A stretch of DNA of 64,000 nt from Lama guanicoe (taxonomy: Eukaryota): assembly GCA_013239625.1 (NCBI GenBank), contig MU055744.1:1518355-1582354 (forward strand), read 5' to 3'. The notes beneath the pieces are model-generated. The model was given only the letters and a program-made list of their open reading frames with translations. It was not told the origin of the DNA and ran no database searches. Each line of letters opens with the position of its first letter. Positions within the stretch are counted from its first letter, which is position 1. This document shows, one piece after another, positions 38,444 through 51,144 of the stretch. The translations under genes and the position numbers were made by a program.

Positions 38444-41400
38444 GGGCTTCTCACTGTCACCTTCAGCAGGGGCGCGCAGAATCCTCACCACCACCCCGAA
38501 AGGGACCTCAGAAGGCACCTCGCTTGCTGCGAACGTGCCAGAATTCTCCGCCTCGGTCTCCCTCAGCCCAGCCGGGGTTCTAACTGAAGGGGCACGCTGG
38601 CCCTCAGGCCTCCAGCGATCAAAACGGAGAAGCTGGGGCTGCAGCCGGGGGGTTGGCCGTGCCCCCCCCCCCCGACGCCTCTGCCCAGGTCTGCGATGGC
38701 TGCGGTGCGCGGGGACGCCGTCCTGGGGCCCCGCCAGCGACAGGCTATGATTCTTGGCCGGAACTCAGGCGGCCAGGCCAGCTATTGTTAGGGTTGTTTG
38801 CTTCTTTGAACCAGTCGGTGTGCTGGGGCCAACCTCAGTATCCAGTGTGCAGGCTCGTTTTGGACTCGGCAGGGGCGGAGGGAAGTGGCGGCGGCTCCCA
38901 GACAGCTGCTCTGAGACGCAGCTGGCCGGGCCTGAATGTGGCCCGCAGAGTCCTGAGACACCTCCCCCGCCCAGAGCCAGCAAAGGGGACGTGGGGCGAT
39001 GGGCCGGAGGGCAGCACAGCATTCGGGCCCCACCGCCTGTCCACTTCCTGTCGGACCCAGAGGGGCTGACTGAGGACCACCTTGAGCTCAGAGCCTCTCA
39101 CGGGGTGCAGCTCCTCTCCTGGGGACCTTCTGTCACCCCGGAGGCCAGGCTCAGACGAGGGGTGCAGGGCATACGTTCTCAAAGGCTTTCCGGCCAGTTC
39201 AGTGATGGAGACATTGCTGTTGGTCCTCCAACTTCTGGGATTTCACAAGTGGATGAGAACGGCTCTTACATTTTAGTTTTGCATCAGTGTTGCCCTAAAG
39301 GCACATCACGCTGAGGACCAGGAAAGAAACCGCCCACGGACCTGAGGTGGTGAACTGGCCGAGGTGACCACATCCACCCCGGGAGTGAGCGGGAGGGGGT
39401 GAGGAGGCAGATGAGGACGGAGCTGGCGCTGGGCCCCCTCACCTGGTGGCTCCACAGCCAGGAGCCTGCCCCAGGCCCTCCACAGGTGCGGGGGGGAGGG
39501 GAAGGCTCCCCCTCTCACCTCCTTCAAAGTGAGGGGGAGCTTTATAAATGGGCGCCCCGCCCACCCGAGACTCAGCATCTCAGAACAAAGGCCCCAGGGA
39601 CCTCCTTGGGGAGGAAGACCACTCCCTATGAGCCGATTTCAAACACACCGAAATGCGCTGATTGGGTCCCTCACCCTCCTTTCAACAGCTTTAAATTCTC
39701 CCCAAGAACTAAAAGGGATGAAAAGATGGAGCCCCTGCCCCCCCCCCCCCCCCCCGCCGCGGGGCGGCCGCCCCCTCCTTATCTCCTTTCCAAACCATTT
39801 TTATCTGATTACACACTCCTCTGGCCGGCAGCAGCGTGACTCATTCTGGAGAGAGAGAGCAGTTCAAAATAACCCTTTGGGTTTTAAGCACCAAAGGTAT
39901 TTCTGGAGGGGCTGCCCACGCAGCACGGCTAACACAGCACACTTCACGCACGGCACAGGCGCCCCTCATGTCCCCTCACAGTGCCAGGCCTGGCGGGAGA
40001 AGAGCACCCCGGAAGTCACTACACCGCCTCCGTCCGGTGGGAAGCCAGCGCCCCGCGATCCTGGGAGTCAGAGCTGCAGGGCCGCCACGGCGCCCCGGGC
40101 TGGGATGCTGCAAACCCGGGGCCCGCTCCCCAGCCGCCCGGCAAGCACAGGCCGTCCAGCCCCTGCAGGGGCGCCTCTGGGACACCACGCTTATTTATAA
40201 AAGACTCAGAAAAGCGCTTTGCTTTTCTTCCCGTCCAGGCGGGGAGAGGGACCCTGTGTCTCTGTGTCCCTCTGGTGCCCAGGCCTCCCTCGATGGTCTG
40301 AGGCTGCTCTGAGAAGGGGAAAATAACCTTTCCTTCCTGGGCTGCCCCCTTTGCTTCCGCCCTCTCAGAGCAGACGCGCCTTCCTGTGTTTGGACAACTG
40401 GCCGCGACACGGCTATTTTGGCCTGGCGGTTTCCCCCACGGCGGCCTCTCTCAGCCTTTTATCTCCGAGGACCATCTTTGGTCTCCGCTCTGCGGCTCCT
40501 TTGATGCAGCCGCTGGGGGAGCCGCCCCATCTCACCCGTTGTCGGGACTCTGAGTTGACAGTCACTGTATTGATTCCTGCATCCCCCACAGGCCGGCGCT
40601 GGAAGCCCAGCCATTCCCCTTGGGGCCAAGGAGGGCGGGGGAGGGGAGGCTCAACTGCGACAGGGCAGGAGAGAGTCTCGACAACGTGACTTAAGACCCT
40701 AAGGCTTGACCTGACCTAGGAATCCTCTATGAACGCCAGAGCTGGCAGGCCCTGAGGCCAAACTGAACAGCAGCCTGTGTGGCACCTGGTAAACCCGTTC
40801 AGAGAGGGACCCTGGCCATCACAGAGCTGGCCTTCCTTACATCTATCACGGTCCAGGTCTTGGTGGTCCTTCCTGTTTCGGGGTTCCTCCCTGGGTGATT
40901 CGGGGCTTCACAGACAGGGTAGAACTCAATCCTCTGGACAGCCCTGAGGGCTGAGAAGAGTTCCCCAGGCTCGGAGCCCTAAGGAACTGGCCCCAGTGGC
41001 ACAGGCAAGTGCGGGCTGATTCTGAACTCCAGCCCTTTGCTGTGAGCCCCCACTTCAGACTCAGAACCTGTCGCCCCCTTGCAGCTCCTGGACCCACAAG
41101 CCCCCAGAGCCCCAGCCTCTGCACGCTTCTGGACCTGGGTTGGGGCGAGTGGACGGCCCCGACGGGCCCATGGGGAGAGGGCACAGCAGCCCCGGGCCTC
41201 CTGCTCTGTCCACGCTTGCAAAGAACTCCACTCAGAACTTCAGAGGTGTCCCGGATGTGCCCCTGCTACCACATGGGAGCCGGGGGCCTCAGCAAAGAGC
41301 TTGAGAAAGGGGGCTTCGGAGGGGCTCTTGGGGCCAGCTTCACCGCTCTCGCTCCCAGGGAAGGGTGAGAGGGTCACCTCCAACCACATCAGCTTGAGAG

Positions 41401-42514
41401 TGAGCCCCAAGTCTGGCATCAAACTCGGTTCCCCTGAGCTCCCCAAGGACGCCCACCCCTGCATCCTCGGCGCTGGCTGGGGCTCCTCCGGCTCGGGGTC
41501 TGAAGTCGAGGGGTTTGGGTGGGGCCTCCGAACACAGGACAAAGCAAAACCCAGCTGGCCTGCTGCTGCCTCCAGGCCCTGCCTGCCGTGCGGGCTCAGC
41601 CTGTCTGAACCAGCCTCACTGCCCTGAGAGCTGCCGGAGAACAGGCGGGCCCTTCCCGGGGCAGGGGGCTGTCATCGGCCCGGGGGTCTGTCCCCTGGAC
41701 TGGCCTCTAGTAGAGACAGGGGCAGGCCTGGACCACACTGCTTGCAGCTGCCCCCAACCCAGGGAGGCTCCTGGCCTCAGACTCCTCCAGGGCCAGCTGT
41801 GATCCCAGTGTCCCCAGGTGTGACCCTCCAGGTGCCCTAGGGTGTGTCCTTGGCTCTGGGCGCCTGGCTCCCAGTGGACTCTCACACGGCCCATCCCTGA
41901 GGCATGTCCAGCCCCCACGGCAGAAGGCTCATCCCTAATGCCTGGTTCCAGCGTCTGGCTCTGGGCCGAGGACCCCGCGGGACCACCCCCAGGCTCCTCC
42001 CTGGCCTGCAGGGAAGGTTGGTGCTGAGCCGCCCCGCCTTCGGGGAGCGTCCACTTCATGCCCACCATCCTTGTGTGCGATGGCCGTCCAGACTGAGACC
42101 CTGAGGACCGCCAGCCTTCAGGCCCTGTGACCCTGAGGACGTCGCTTACCTAGCTCTCTGGCCCAGAACCCGTCCCGGGTGTAACGGGTCCATGTGTCCG
42201 TGCTCACAGGATGCTCAGCCCCGAGCTTGGCTTAGAACCGTTAGCCACCCCCCAACCCCCAGTTCCTGGGGTCAGATCACATGTGGGTGTGCGGCTCGGG
42301 GCTTAACCCACGGGCCTAGCTTGTGGGAAGGACACGCTGAAACCCAGGCCTCTGGCCTCCTGCTCAGATCCAGGGTGGGGCGGGGGCCCCGAGCAGGGGT
42401 GACTCCCTCCCTCTTACCTCTGTCCTGGCCCTCCAGCCAGACCACTGTAGGGAGGCCTCGCTGACCACCCCCAGCCCCGGCGGCCCCCAGACAGGGCAGG
42501 GGAGGCGGCCCTAC

Positions 42515-42887
42515 CTGGCCTTCTGCGTCCTGTTCCCGGCCACGGCGGGGAGGCTGGCGCTGGCGTTGGGGAACGGGGCCTCGGAGGAGGCATTGGTCAC
42601 CCTGTCACTGCTCAGCTCCAGGTAGGACCCGTTGAGCAGGTAAATGCTGGCTCCCTCATTCTCCTCGTAGTCAACGTAGAGGCTGTCAGCCGGGGAGCTC
42701 CTCGGGGAGCCCTGTGCAAAGATGCTGTTGACCGTCTCATTGAGGGGGAGCTCCCTGGAGTCAGAGCCTGTGCCCAGGAGCTGGTCGGAGATGGCGTTGG
42801 CCGAGAGGAGCTCCTGGGAGGTAAAGCGGGCGTCAGCCTCTTGGTCATCCCGGTCTCCCGCGAGAGCCGTTCCAGTGGCGTTGCCAT
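42515..42887 (-). CDS. ADAMTSL2: ADAMTSL2 exon 11, N-glycan-rich module (DGNATG...NETVNS...GNRTQKAR)
   Basis: 373 nt; six N-x-S/T sequons; acceptor cccctatag|, donor AG|GTAGGG. Confidence 0.96.
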
Positions 42888-43106
42888 CTATAGGGGAGAC
42901 GGGGGTCTCAACCTCCAGTGCCCCCTCGTGTGGGGGGGCAAGGGCTGCCCTGGGGGTGGGGGCGGACGGCGGGGAGGAGCTGCAGCAAAGACCTGGACCG
43001 GAGAGTTGCCAGAGGCAGGTTTCCGCCCAATGAGAGGACACAGGTCATCCGGGGAGGCTCGCCAGCCAGCCTGGACAAGCTCTCGTGGGGGGACCTGCGG
43101 GACTTC

Positions 43107-43522
43107 TGCAGTGGGTTGAACAGTGTCCCCCCAAGATTCGTGATGGCCCCGACCATCAGAATGTGAGCTAATTTGGAAACAGGATCTTCACAGAAGTACA
43201 AATCTTCAGACGAGGTCGTAATGGGTTGAGCTGGCCCTGATTTCAATGCCTGCTGCCTTAGTAAGCAGCAAACTCATGGAGACACACAGACACAGGGGAA
43301 GAGCCAGGAGAGGACGCCGCGGGGACCACAGCGCTGTGGCCGCAAGCCAAGGCTCCTGGGGCCCCCAGGGGCTGGAAGAGGCGGGAAGGACCCTCTGCTA
43401 GAGGTTCCAGCCACACCTGGATTCTGGACTCTGGCCTCAGAGCTGGGAGACAGCAGATGTCTGTGGTTTTCAACCCCCCGATCTGCGGTCATTTGCTACA
43501 GCTGCCCCAGGAAACTTCCACC
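43107..43522 (+). mobile_element. MLT1-family (MaLR) solo LTR
   Basis: Starts tgcagtgggttgaacagtgtcccccca, contains gcaagccaagg...gctggaagagg, and ends tttgctacagctgccccaggaaact; about 415 bp. Confidence 0.85.
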
Positions 43523-44301
43523 TGAAGATTCTAAGGGTCCTGGAAACCTGCCCCCAAGTGAGCGAGGGGCTTCTTCCCACGACTGGTTTACCTTCCAGCC
43601 CTGAGCAGGAGGGATGGCGCAGACCAGCTCTGATGAGCCACCCCATGACCCTCAGGAGTGCAGGCCAATGGCCAGCGTGGGCACGGGGACCCTGGCCCCA
43701 CCCCCAGGCCTTCAGCTGCACCTCCCGCCACTCCCCCTGGAGCCTGCCCCACGCAGGTCCTCCACCGGCCCCACCAGGCTGTCCCCCACTGGCCTGCTCT
43801 CACCCCCACCCCTTTCCCATGCCCTTCTCGGCTGACCCTCACCTGCTCCTGAGCCCTCAGGGCAGGGCTCACCCTCTCCAAGGACTTGGGGTCCTCCTTG
43901 TTTCCCCTCAACTGCCCATGGTCCCTTCCAGAGTTCTTGCCACCCCTTGCTCTGCTGTCTGCCTGTCTGTCTGTCCCCACCGAACGGGCGAGGGCGCAGG
44001 CTCTGGGATCAGACCACCCTGGATTCGGCTCCACCTCCTCCCGGGTAGCCTGCGGGACTTGGGAAAGTCTCCTCTCTCCAAGCCTCAGTCTCCCCGTTTG
44101 TCGAGTGGCGGTGGCCATACCCACCTCAGAGCAGGTGCGTGGAGAGGCCACCTGCAAAGGGCTGGCCCTGGGCCTGCCCCGTCTGTGTGGCACGGGCACC
44201 TCTGTCAACCTCTTCTGCAGGCTGCCAGGGACTGAAGACCCTTCGCCTGAGGCCCCTCTCCCTCGGAAGGCCCGCCCCACCCCGCCCCTCCTCCTGGTTA
44301 C

Positions 44302-44650
44302 CTCGGAAGCCCTTGCCCCTGGGGGGCCCCGCGCAGGCCCCGCCGCTGGCCTGCGCGCACACCTCGTTGGTCTCCTGGTCTCTGCTCAGACCCAGCTCGA
44401 TCCCCGGGTCCCGGTGGCCGAACAGTCGGTGGTCCAGGCCCAGCCGCTCCGAGGAGGCCTGGCCGTAGAGGGAGCCGTTGTGTTGCAGGAAGCCCGCCAG
44501 CCCGGCGCCGTCCAGCTCCTGGCTCTCCGCGCTGTCCGAGGCGGGCTCGGAGAAGCTGTAGTAGACGGGCTGGACGCGGTGCGCGTGCGGCGGCTGCAGC
44601 AGCGTGTACTCGAAGGTGATGGAGGGGCTTTTGCCGTTCTGGTTCCACAC
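44302..44650 (-). CDS. ADAMTSL2: ADAMTSL2 exon 10 ([15 protein letters not shown]...GPPRGKGFR)
   Basis: 349 nt; acceptor tttgccag|, donor G|GTAACC. Confidence 0.96.
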
Positions 44651-44999
44651 CTGGCAAAGGCAGAGAAGTGGGGCCCCGGCCCTTCTTCCCGCCAGCCCCA
44701 TCGCCCACAAGCCCCGTTAGGACAGAAGACACTGCCCTGAGCTGCAAGACCGTTCCCCGGCCATGGCCTGCGGCTGAGTCCTTCCCAGGGACTCAGCTTT
44801 GACCAAAGAACGCCGCCTCTCCCAAGGCTATACCTGGCCCCAGAGGCCGCCTGTGTCCAAAGCCTGGTGAGCAGGGGCGCGGGCAGTGAGGGGTGTGCCC
44901 AGTGCCGAGACGGTTAAAAGCCAGTTAAAAGCTGTCCTGCATTTTACAGTCACCACGTGCCAGCATCCTAAGTGAAAGAGCGTCCGTCCCACCACCTTC

Positions 45000-45183
45000 C
45001 CCCGGGGAACCCCACTGCCGGCCAAGTGGAAGTGCCCAGACCCAGAGCCATCCCAGTGTCAGAGCCGGCCCTGGGACAGGCCGCAGCCTCTGCTGAGAAT
45101 GTCCCCACCCAGCATCCCCGTCCACCAGTCCTGCTGCCCCTCCGGGTGCTCGCAGGCTCTTTCCAGGGACTCGGCCGAGGTCG
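45000..45183 (+). mobile_element. 5' LTR remnant of the provirus, LTR16-like
   Basis: Ends in ctcgcaggctctttccagggactcggccgagg, immediately before an ERVL-like leader (ggtgtcagggcaggtcctaggaag). Confidence 0.45.
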
Positions 45184-48100
45184 GCTGGTGTCAGGGCAGG
45201 TCCTAGGAAGTGGACCCTCCAATAGGAGTTGAGAGCAGGAACCCCGCCAGGAGGGGCGGTGACAGTCCTCCCCGGTGGTGCGCGGGCACTGGGACCCCCT
45301 TAACAGAGGGTAAGGAAGGACATGGAAGGCGGTGTGTTAGAGAAAGGCTGGAAGGCGAGGTTGTTGGCCCCACCTAATCTCCAGTTTCAGGCCAAGCCAG
45401 AGGGCCCCCCTGGTGTCACACAGAGACACTCTCCTGTCATCCAGCCAGGGCCAGAAAGGTAGAAGGGCATCAGGGACCGTGGGAGACTGGCTTCTCCACT
45501 TCGCCAAGAGCCCGGCTGGGAGGAGGCGTGGGGCACGGTGTCTGAGTCAGTCTGCTCAAAAATTTTGAAATCTCAGGTTCCCTGGAAACTTTGCCCCTGA
45601 AAAGTGGCCATTCCTCCCTGTTAAGGCCACCGCGTGGCCCTTGCCTGAAGATGGTACCTCTCTGCCTTTTAGACCCTACCGGCCCCCCTCAGGACCAGGC
45701 CCCACCTGGCTGATGGCTCGAGTGAACCCTGTCTTCACCCAGTCAAGGGAGCACCAGGGCTGCTCAGGGGAGAAGGGACAGTCCGTGAGGGACCTTCAGG
45801 ACCTGCCAGTGGGAGCCGGCAGAAGATGGGGGGTGCCCGCGACTGGTGCCAAGGGTCAGGCTGGATCAGAGACGGCAAAAGATGGGCCTGGATGAGGGAG
45901 AGGTTCTCCCCTCTCGACAGGAGGGCGCACACTGGCAAGACCTCTGGGAGAGAGCGAGGCCGACACCGCGGCAGACGATGGAAGAGTGAGGAAAAGGCTG
46001 GGAAAGCCACCAGGACGGCCTCGGGGACCAGCGGCAGGAACATGGCAGTGAAGTGTCACCAGCGCCACTGAGAGGGGCGCCTCGAGGGGTGGCGCTGAGA
46101 GTCCTCGTAGGCCAGGGCTGAGGGCAGGAGAGGCTGTCCACGGTAGCCAGAACGAGGGGCCCCCAGGACTGCACTGAGCACCAAGGCAGACGCGGTAGCC
46201 AGGGGGCCTGACCCCAGAGACCTCTGGACACAGCTGACGGGACCAAGGGCTCCCATGGGACAAACACACGGGCCCAGAAAATGTGCTTCTCAATCCGTAC
46301 GACCAGAAGAAACCAAGGGTAGGTGGTCACAAAGCAGACGGCAGCAGCCACAGAAGTCACAGCGCCCCCGCCCAATTTCCTGGACCAGTTTTTAGACCCA
46401 GAACCCCCTGAATGATGGAACAGCCAGGTCCCCAGGAAGGAGGAGCCCCACCCAGTTTGTATGGGCATGACTCCCCTAGCTCTTCCCCCAAAGAGCCCAC
46501 AGCTCTTTACTTGGTGGGCTGTTCAGCGCAGAAACGGGCAGACATTCTGGAGCCAAGGTCCAGGCTGTCATCGCTCACCAGGGACCCAAAGCATCATCGT
46601 TGCCCCCGTTACTGTGGGAGCACGTGGGTGACGGGTATGGCCCAAGCATGGCCCAGGTCCGGCTCACGGCCTCTCCCTGGATCCCAGGCTCACCCGCCCC
46701 CCAGACGCGTAGCTGGTAGTTGGCAGGACCCTGACGTTGGCTCCTTCACCTGGTGGGTAAGAGCTGCCACGGGCGGGAAAGCCAGGTGGAAGCCTGTCGC
46801 CCTGATCCCCAGCCTCGTCCAGCAGAGTCTGTCAAACACCACCCCGCATCCCAGGCGGAAACGCAGATGAGCACCGCTCTCAAAGGCCTCGCAGGCGCAG
46901 GGGCGAGGCAGCCCCCATTTAACTCAGCAGTTTGGCCCCGAAAAAAGCCAGACAGACCCCGGAAGAGGATAGTGAGCCACTCTGCTCTCAGCCGAGCGGC
47001 AGCCCAGGTGCAGCCCCGGGGCGGACGCGGCATCCTTCCCAGAGCGGGCTGACGTGGCCCCAAGTCGACCTTCTGTGGCCACCCATCTGGCAAATACGGG
47101 CTTTCCTACCCTTCCCACGAAGCAGGAGCAGACGCAGTCCTGTTTCACGCAGACAGACAACAGTAGCTCTTTACAGCTCTGACTGGCCCATTCCCTGTCC
47201 TAATGCAGAGCAAACGGGCCTGGACCATCTAGAGGACGTGGCCTTGGCCTCTACATTGACGTCATCGTGTTTATCAGTCCAGACGAGCAGGAAGTAGCAT
47301 TAGAGGCCTTCATAAAGCGCATGTATCCCAGCGGATGGAGACCAACCCCTATAAAGACACAGTGGCCCCACGTCAGTGAAAATCTCGGGGTCCAGGAGTC
47401 TAGGGCAGGGCAGGACGTCTTGAAAATAAAGGGGAAAATGCTGCATCTCATATCCCCCCATCACGAAGAATTTGGGACACAACGCACTCCACGTCTGGGA
47501 CTGTGGGCCCCATCCGCATGCTGAGCACCATGAAAAGTCGTCGGCTTTGAGTGGGGTCCTGAAGAGAAGGCGCTGTAATGTGAGCAGCCCGCCCCCCTGG
47601 GCCGCGATCCCTGGCAGCCCCCGCAGCACCAGAGGTGTCTGTGGTGAGAAAGGTGGCCCGTGGGGCTCCTGGCAAGCTTTGCCAGGAAAACGACAGCGTA
47701 GACTGCTAGCGTTCTGGAGCAAGGCCCATCACCTAAACTAAGCACACACTGGAAGAAGGCTTCTGGCATGCTCCCAGGCCCGGCTAGAGATGACCCTTCG
47801 ACCATGGGGCGCCGAGTGACCCGGGCGGACAGAGCTGAGCACCACAACACGAGGCCTCTCAGCTCCACCATGTTACCGGGCTGGGAGGGCGCGGCACCCA
47901 ACAGGAGGCGAGAGGTCCGAGAGCTCACCAGCAGGCGGCCCGGGCTCCCATCACCCAAGACCCTTGCACCTGCATCTCTCCCTCAGCTCACAGCTCCGTC
48001 TGCGTGGGCTTCCCTTAGGATAAAGTCAGAGGGGGGAAAATGGTCCACCTCGATTCAGAGCTGGGGCACGTGATCTGGGGGTGCAAGCTGGATCTGCCTC

Positions 48101-49700
48101 GGGGCGCCCCGAAAAGTTGCTGAGAAGGAAAATCTCCCCAGTGAGCCTCAGGCAGTGCACGGAGGTGGTCACCCGGGTTGCATGGAAAGTGTGGGGTGGT
48201 CCTAGGTGAGAGTGTACACTGACTCGTGGGCAGTGCAGATGGCTTGGCTGGTGGGTCGGGGCCTGGATGGAAAAATTTTTAAGATCAGGGCTGAGGAGGT
48301 CTGGAGCAGATACGGGCAGGTGAATCAACAGAGCAGGCGTTAAATGGGAAGGTCTCGGTATCATCTGTTAACGCCCCCGGGAGCGTCCACTACGGGAGGG
48401 ACACGAACAGCTGGGTGAGAGATGGAATCGCCTTGCCAATGGACGGGGGCCAGCCTCTGGCACTGATCACCCCACTGACGGCACAGTGGGTGCGTGGATG
48501 GAACAGCCATGGTGGCAGGGATAGAAAGTACGCCCAGACTCCAGAGTGCCGGCCCTCGCTCACCCAGGCTGTCCTAGCCACTTCCGCTAGTGAGGTCCAG
48601 CCTCGCGGGACCAGCTCCAAGCCTGGGACGAGCGCCTTCGCTCCGGGGACCGTCCGCTCTGTGATGGGGCGGATTTCCATTAGGCCCCTTCTATCCTGAG
48701 AGGGGAAGTGCTTCGCCTTATTCTGAACACGAGGGTGACTTTCCTGCCCACAGGGCTGCGCCGGCCCCAACACCCGAGGGCTCACAGAGCATTCGACCCC
48801 CTGAGACAGGACCCCACAGGGCCCTGCACTGGACAGCGGTACTCACTTTGCAGCCAAGGAGGTGCCACGGCCGCACGTGACCGCGAGACCACCTGCCTAT
48901 CGCTCGCGGCATCCCAGGAGCCTCCAGCCTGAGCGGCCCGGGACGGGGCGGGGCGAGGCGCGGCTCAGAGGCGGCGGCACCCCGTGGCACGGGCCGAGGG
49001 GCGCCTCTGGGACGGGGTACGCACCCAAGCCGACCCGGTCACGGGGTGCTGTGCTCCCTGCGGGTGGACCACACGGATCTGGGAGCCAAGAGATGGCGGT
49101 AGCTCTGCCGTGCTTTCCCGTGACCATGTGGGGACTTGAGGTTTCCCGAGCCTCCAGCTCTTGGTCTGTGGGTTTAGAGGTCCTGATTCCCAAAGGGAAA
49201 ACACCACGTCCCCCAGAAAATACAACAAGACTCTCATGGAACAGCAAGCTAGGACCGCCACCTGGTCTGCTTGGCCACCTTCTGCCGGGAAAGGAGTCAG
49301 CATCCTGGCAGCATCACTGACCCCAGCCCCCAGGGCGGGGAGGGCAGCTTGGGCCCCGGGGCAGAGAATACATTTGGGTCCCTGCTGACCCCCTAGGACA
49401 TCTCTTGGCCTCCCCCAGCCCAATTTTGATGGTAACAGGGCAAGGGCAGCAACCTTGGATTGAAAAGGGCCTGGAGTCCAGCAGCCCACAGCCCACAGTA
49501 GGAGGGGCTGGGACACCTGGCCAGGTGAGCCGCCCACGCTAGCAGAGGGGCTCGGCATAGAGGAGGGAGGTGACTGGATTCAGCTGCAGCCGCCCAGACT
49601 CCCTGCAGTTCATCCCACCAGCCTAGCCCAGCGAGGCTCCCTGGGTAACTCCAGCGGGAGTTCAGAGGAGCGCTTCTTGCTGAGATAAACTCATTCTACA
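45184..49700 (+). mobile_element. Decayed ERVL-class provirus internal region (ERV3-16A3/HERV16/ERVL-E-like): gag-pro-pol-dUTPase
   Basis: Colinear residual peptides: LTRDPKHH...GSWQDPDVGS...GKARWKP (pro/RT start), PFNSAVWP 46915-46938, YIDV 47252-47263, LAFWSKA, VYTDSWAV 48212-48235 (RNase H), AQW...SHGGRD (IN N-terminus), DSGTHFAAKEV 48832-48864 (IN core), GLEVLIPKG 49171-49197 (dUTPase). Many frameshifts and deletions. Confidence 0.88.
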
Positions 49701-49729
49701 AAGTAAATGGCTGTAAGCAGGGAAGAGGG

Positions 49730-50087
49730 CGCTGGAGTGGGTGCCACGGGGGTGGGGGTCCCATGCCCCACCCTGCAGGGGTGCCTGGAGCTGAGTCCCT
49801 CCCCAGGAATTTCCCTCAACCAAATAGAGCAGCCCCTGAGGGTCAGCCACCTCCGGCAACCGAGCCATGCCCCTCTGCCTCAACGCGAGGGAGCCCGAGG
49901 GGCCACTGCCACCCCAGAGCTCCCGGTGAGCCTCCCATCACACCTGCATCACAGCTCAACGTCCCCTCTGTCCAGCCCTGTCCCCCTCGCCCCTCACAGG
50001 TGCTGCTCCCCCGGCCACACCCTGAAATGCTCCCACATGCAGACCTCCAACTCAGAGGCTGTCTCCTGGGGACCCCCACCTGAAGGC
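49730..50087 (+). mobile_element. 3' LTR of the provirus, LTR16-like
   Basis: The 3' part (ctgcatcacagctcaac...cctcacaggtgctgctccc...ctcagaggctgtctcctggggacccccacct) resembles the recalled LTR16 end and follows the dUTPase region. Confidence 0.7.
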
Positions 50088-50397
50088 GGGTGGCCAGTCT
50101 GTCTCAGGGGCAGCTGCAAGGGAAGATGTAGAAATCCACGGTCCCCATTAGACTCTGGGGCCGCTGGGGAAGCTCGTCAGCTGAGAAGCAGTGCGGGGAG
50201 CTGGGGGTGGCTCTCCTGACTGGAGACCCCCTCCAGGACAGCAGCTAAACACCTAACTCTGCACCAGGCTGACCTGGGCCCGAGACCCAGCTGGGCCACT
50301 TATGATCCATGACCAGTCAAGTCACCGACCTCTGCCCGGGTTTCTCCATCTACAAAGTGAGGCTGTGAACACCGGCCATGGTGGGACTTGGAAATCA

Positions 50398-51144
<747 letters not shown>

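Noticed and set aside
44530-44550. Four extra residues in exon 10 ([10 protein letters not shown]) relative to recalled human sequence
   Set aside because: In-frame indel in a variable linker; likely ordinary interspecies variation.
46412-49320. ERVL-derived ORFs as a domesticated gene
   Set aside because: Short fragments in different frames, RT YIDD mutated to YIDV, integrase HHCC decayed; no sign of an intact gene.
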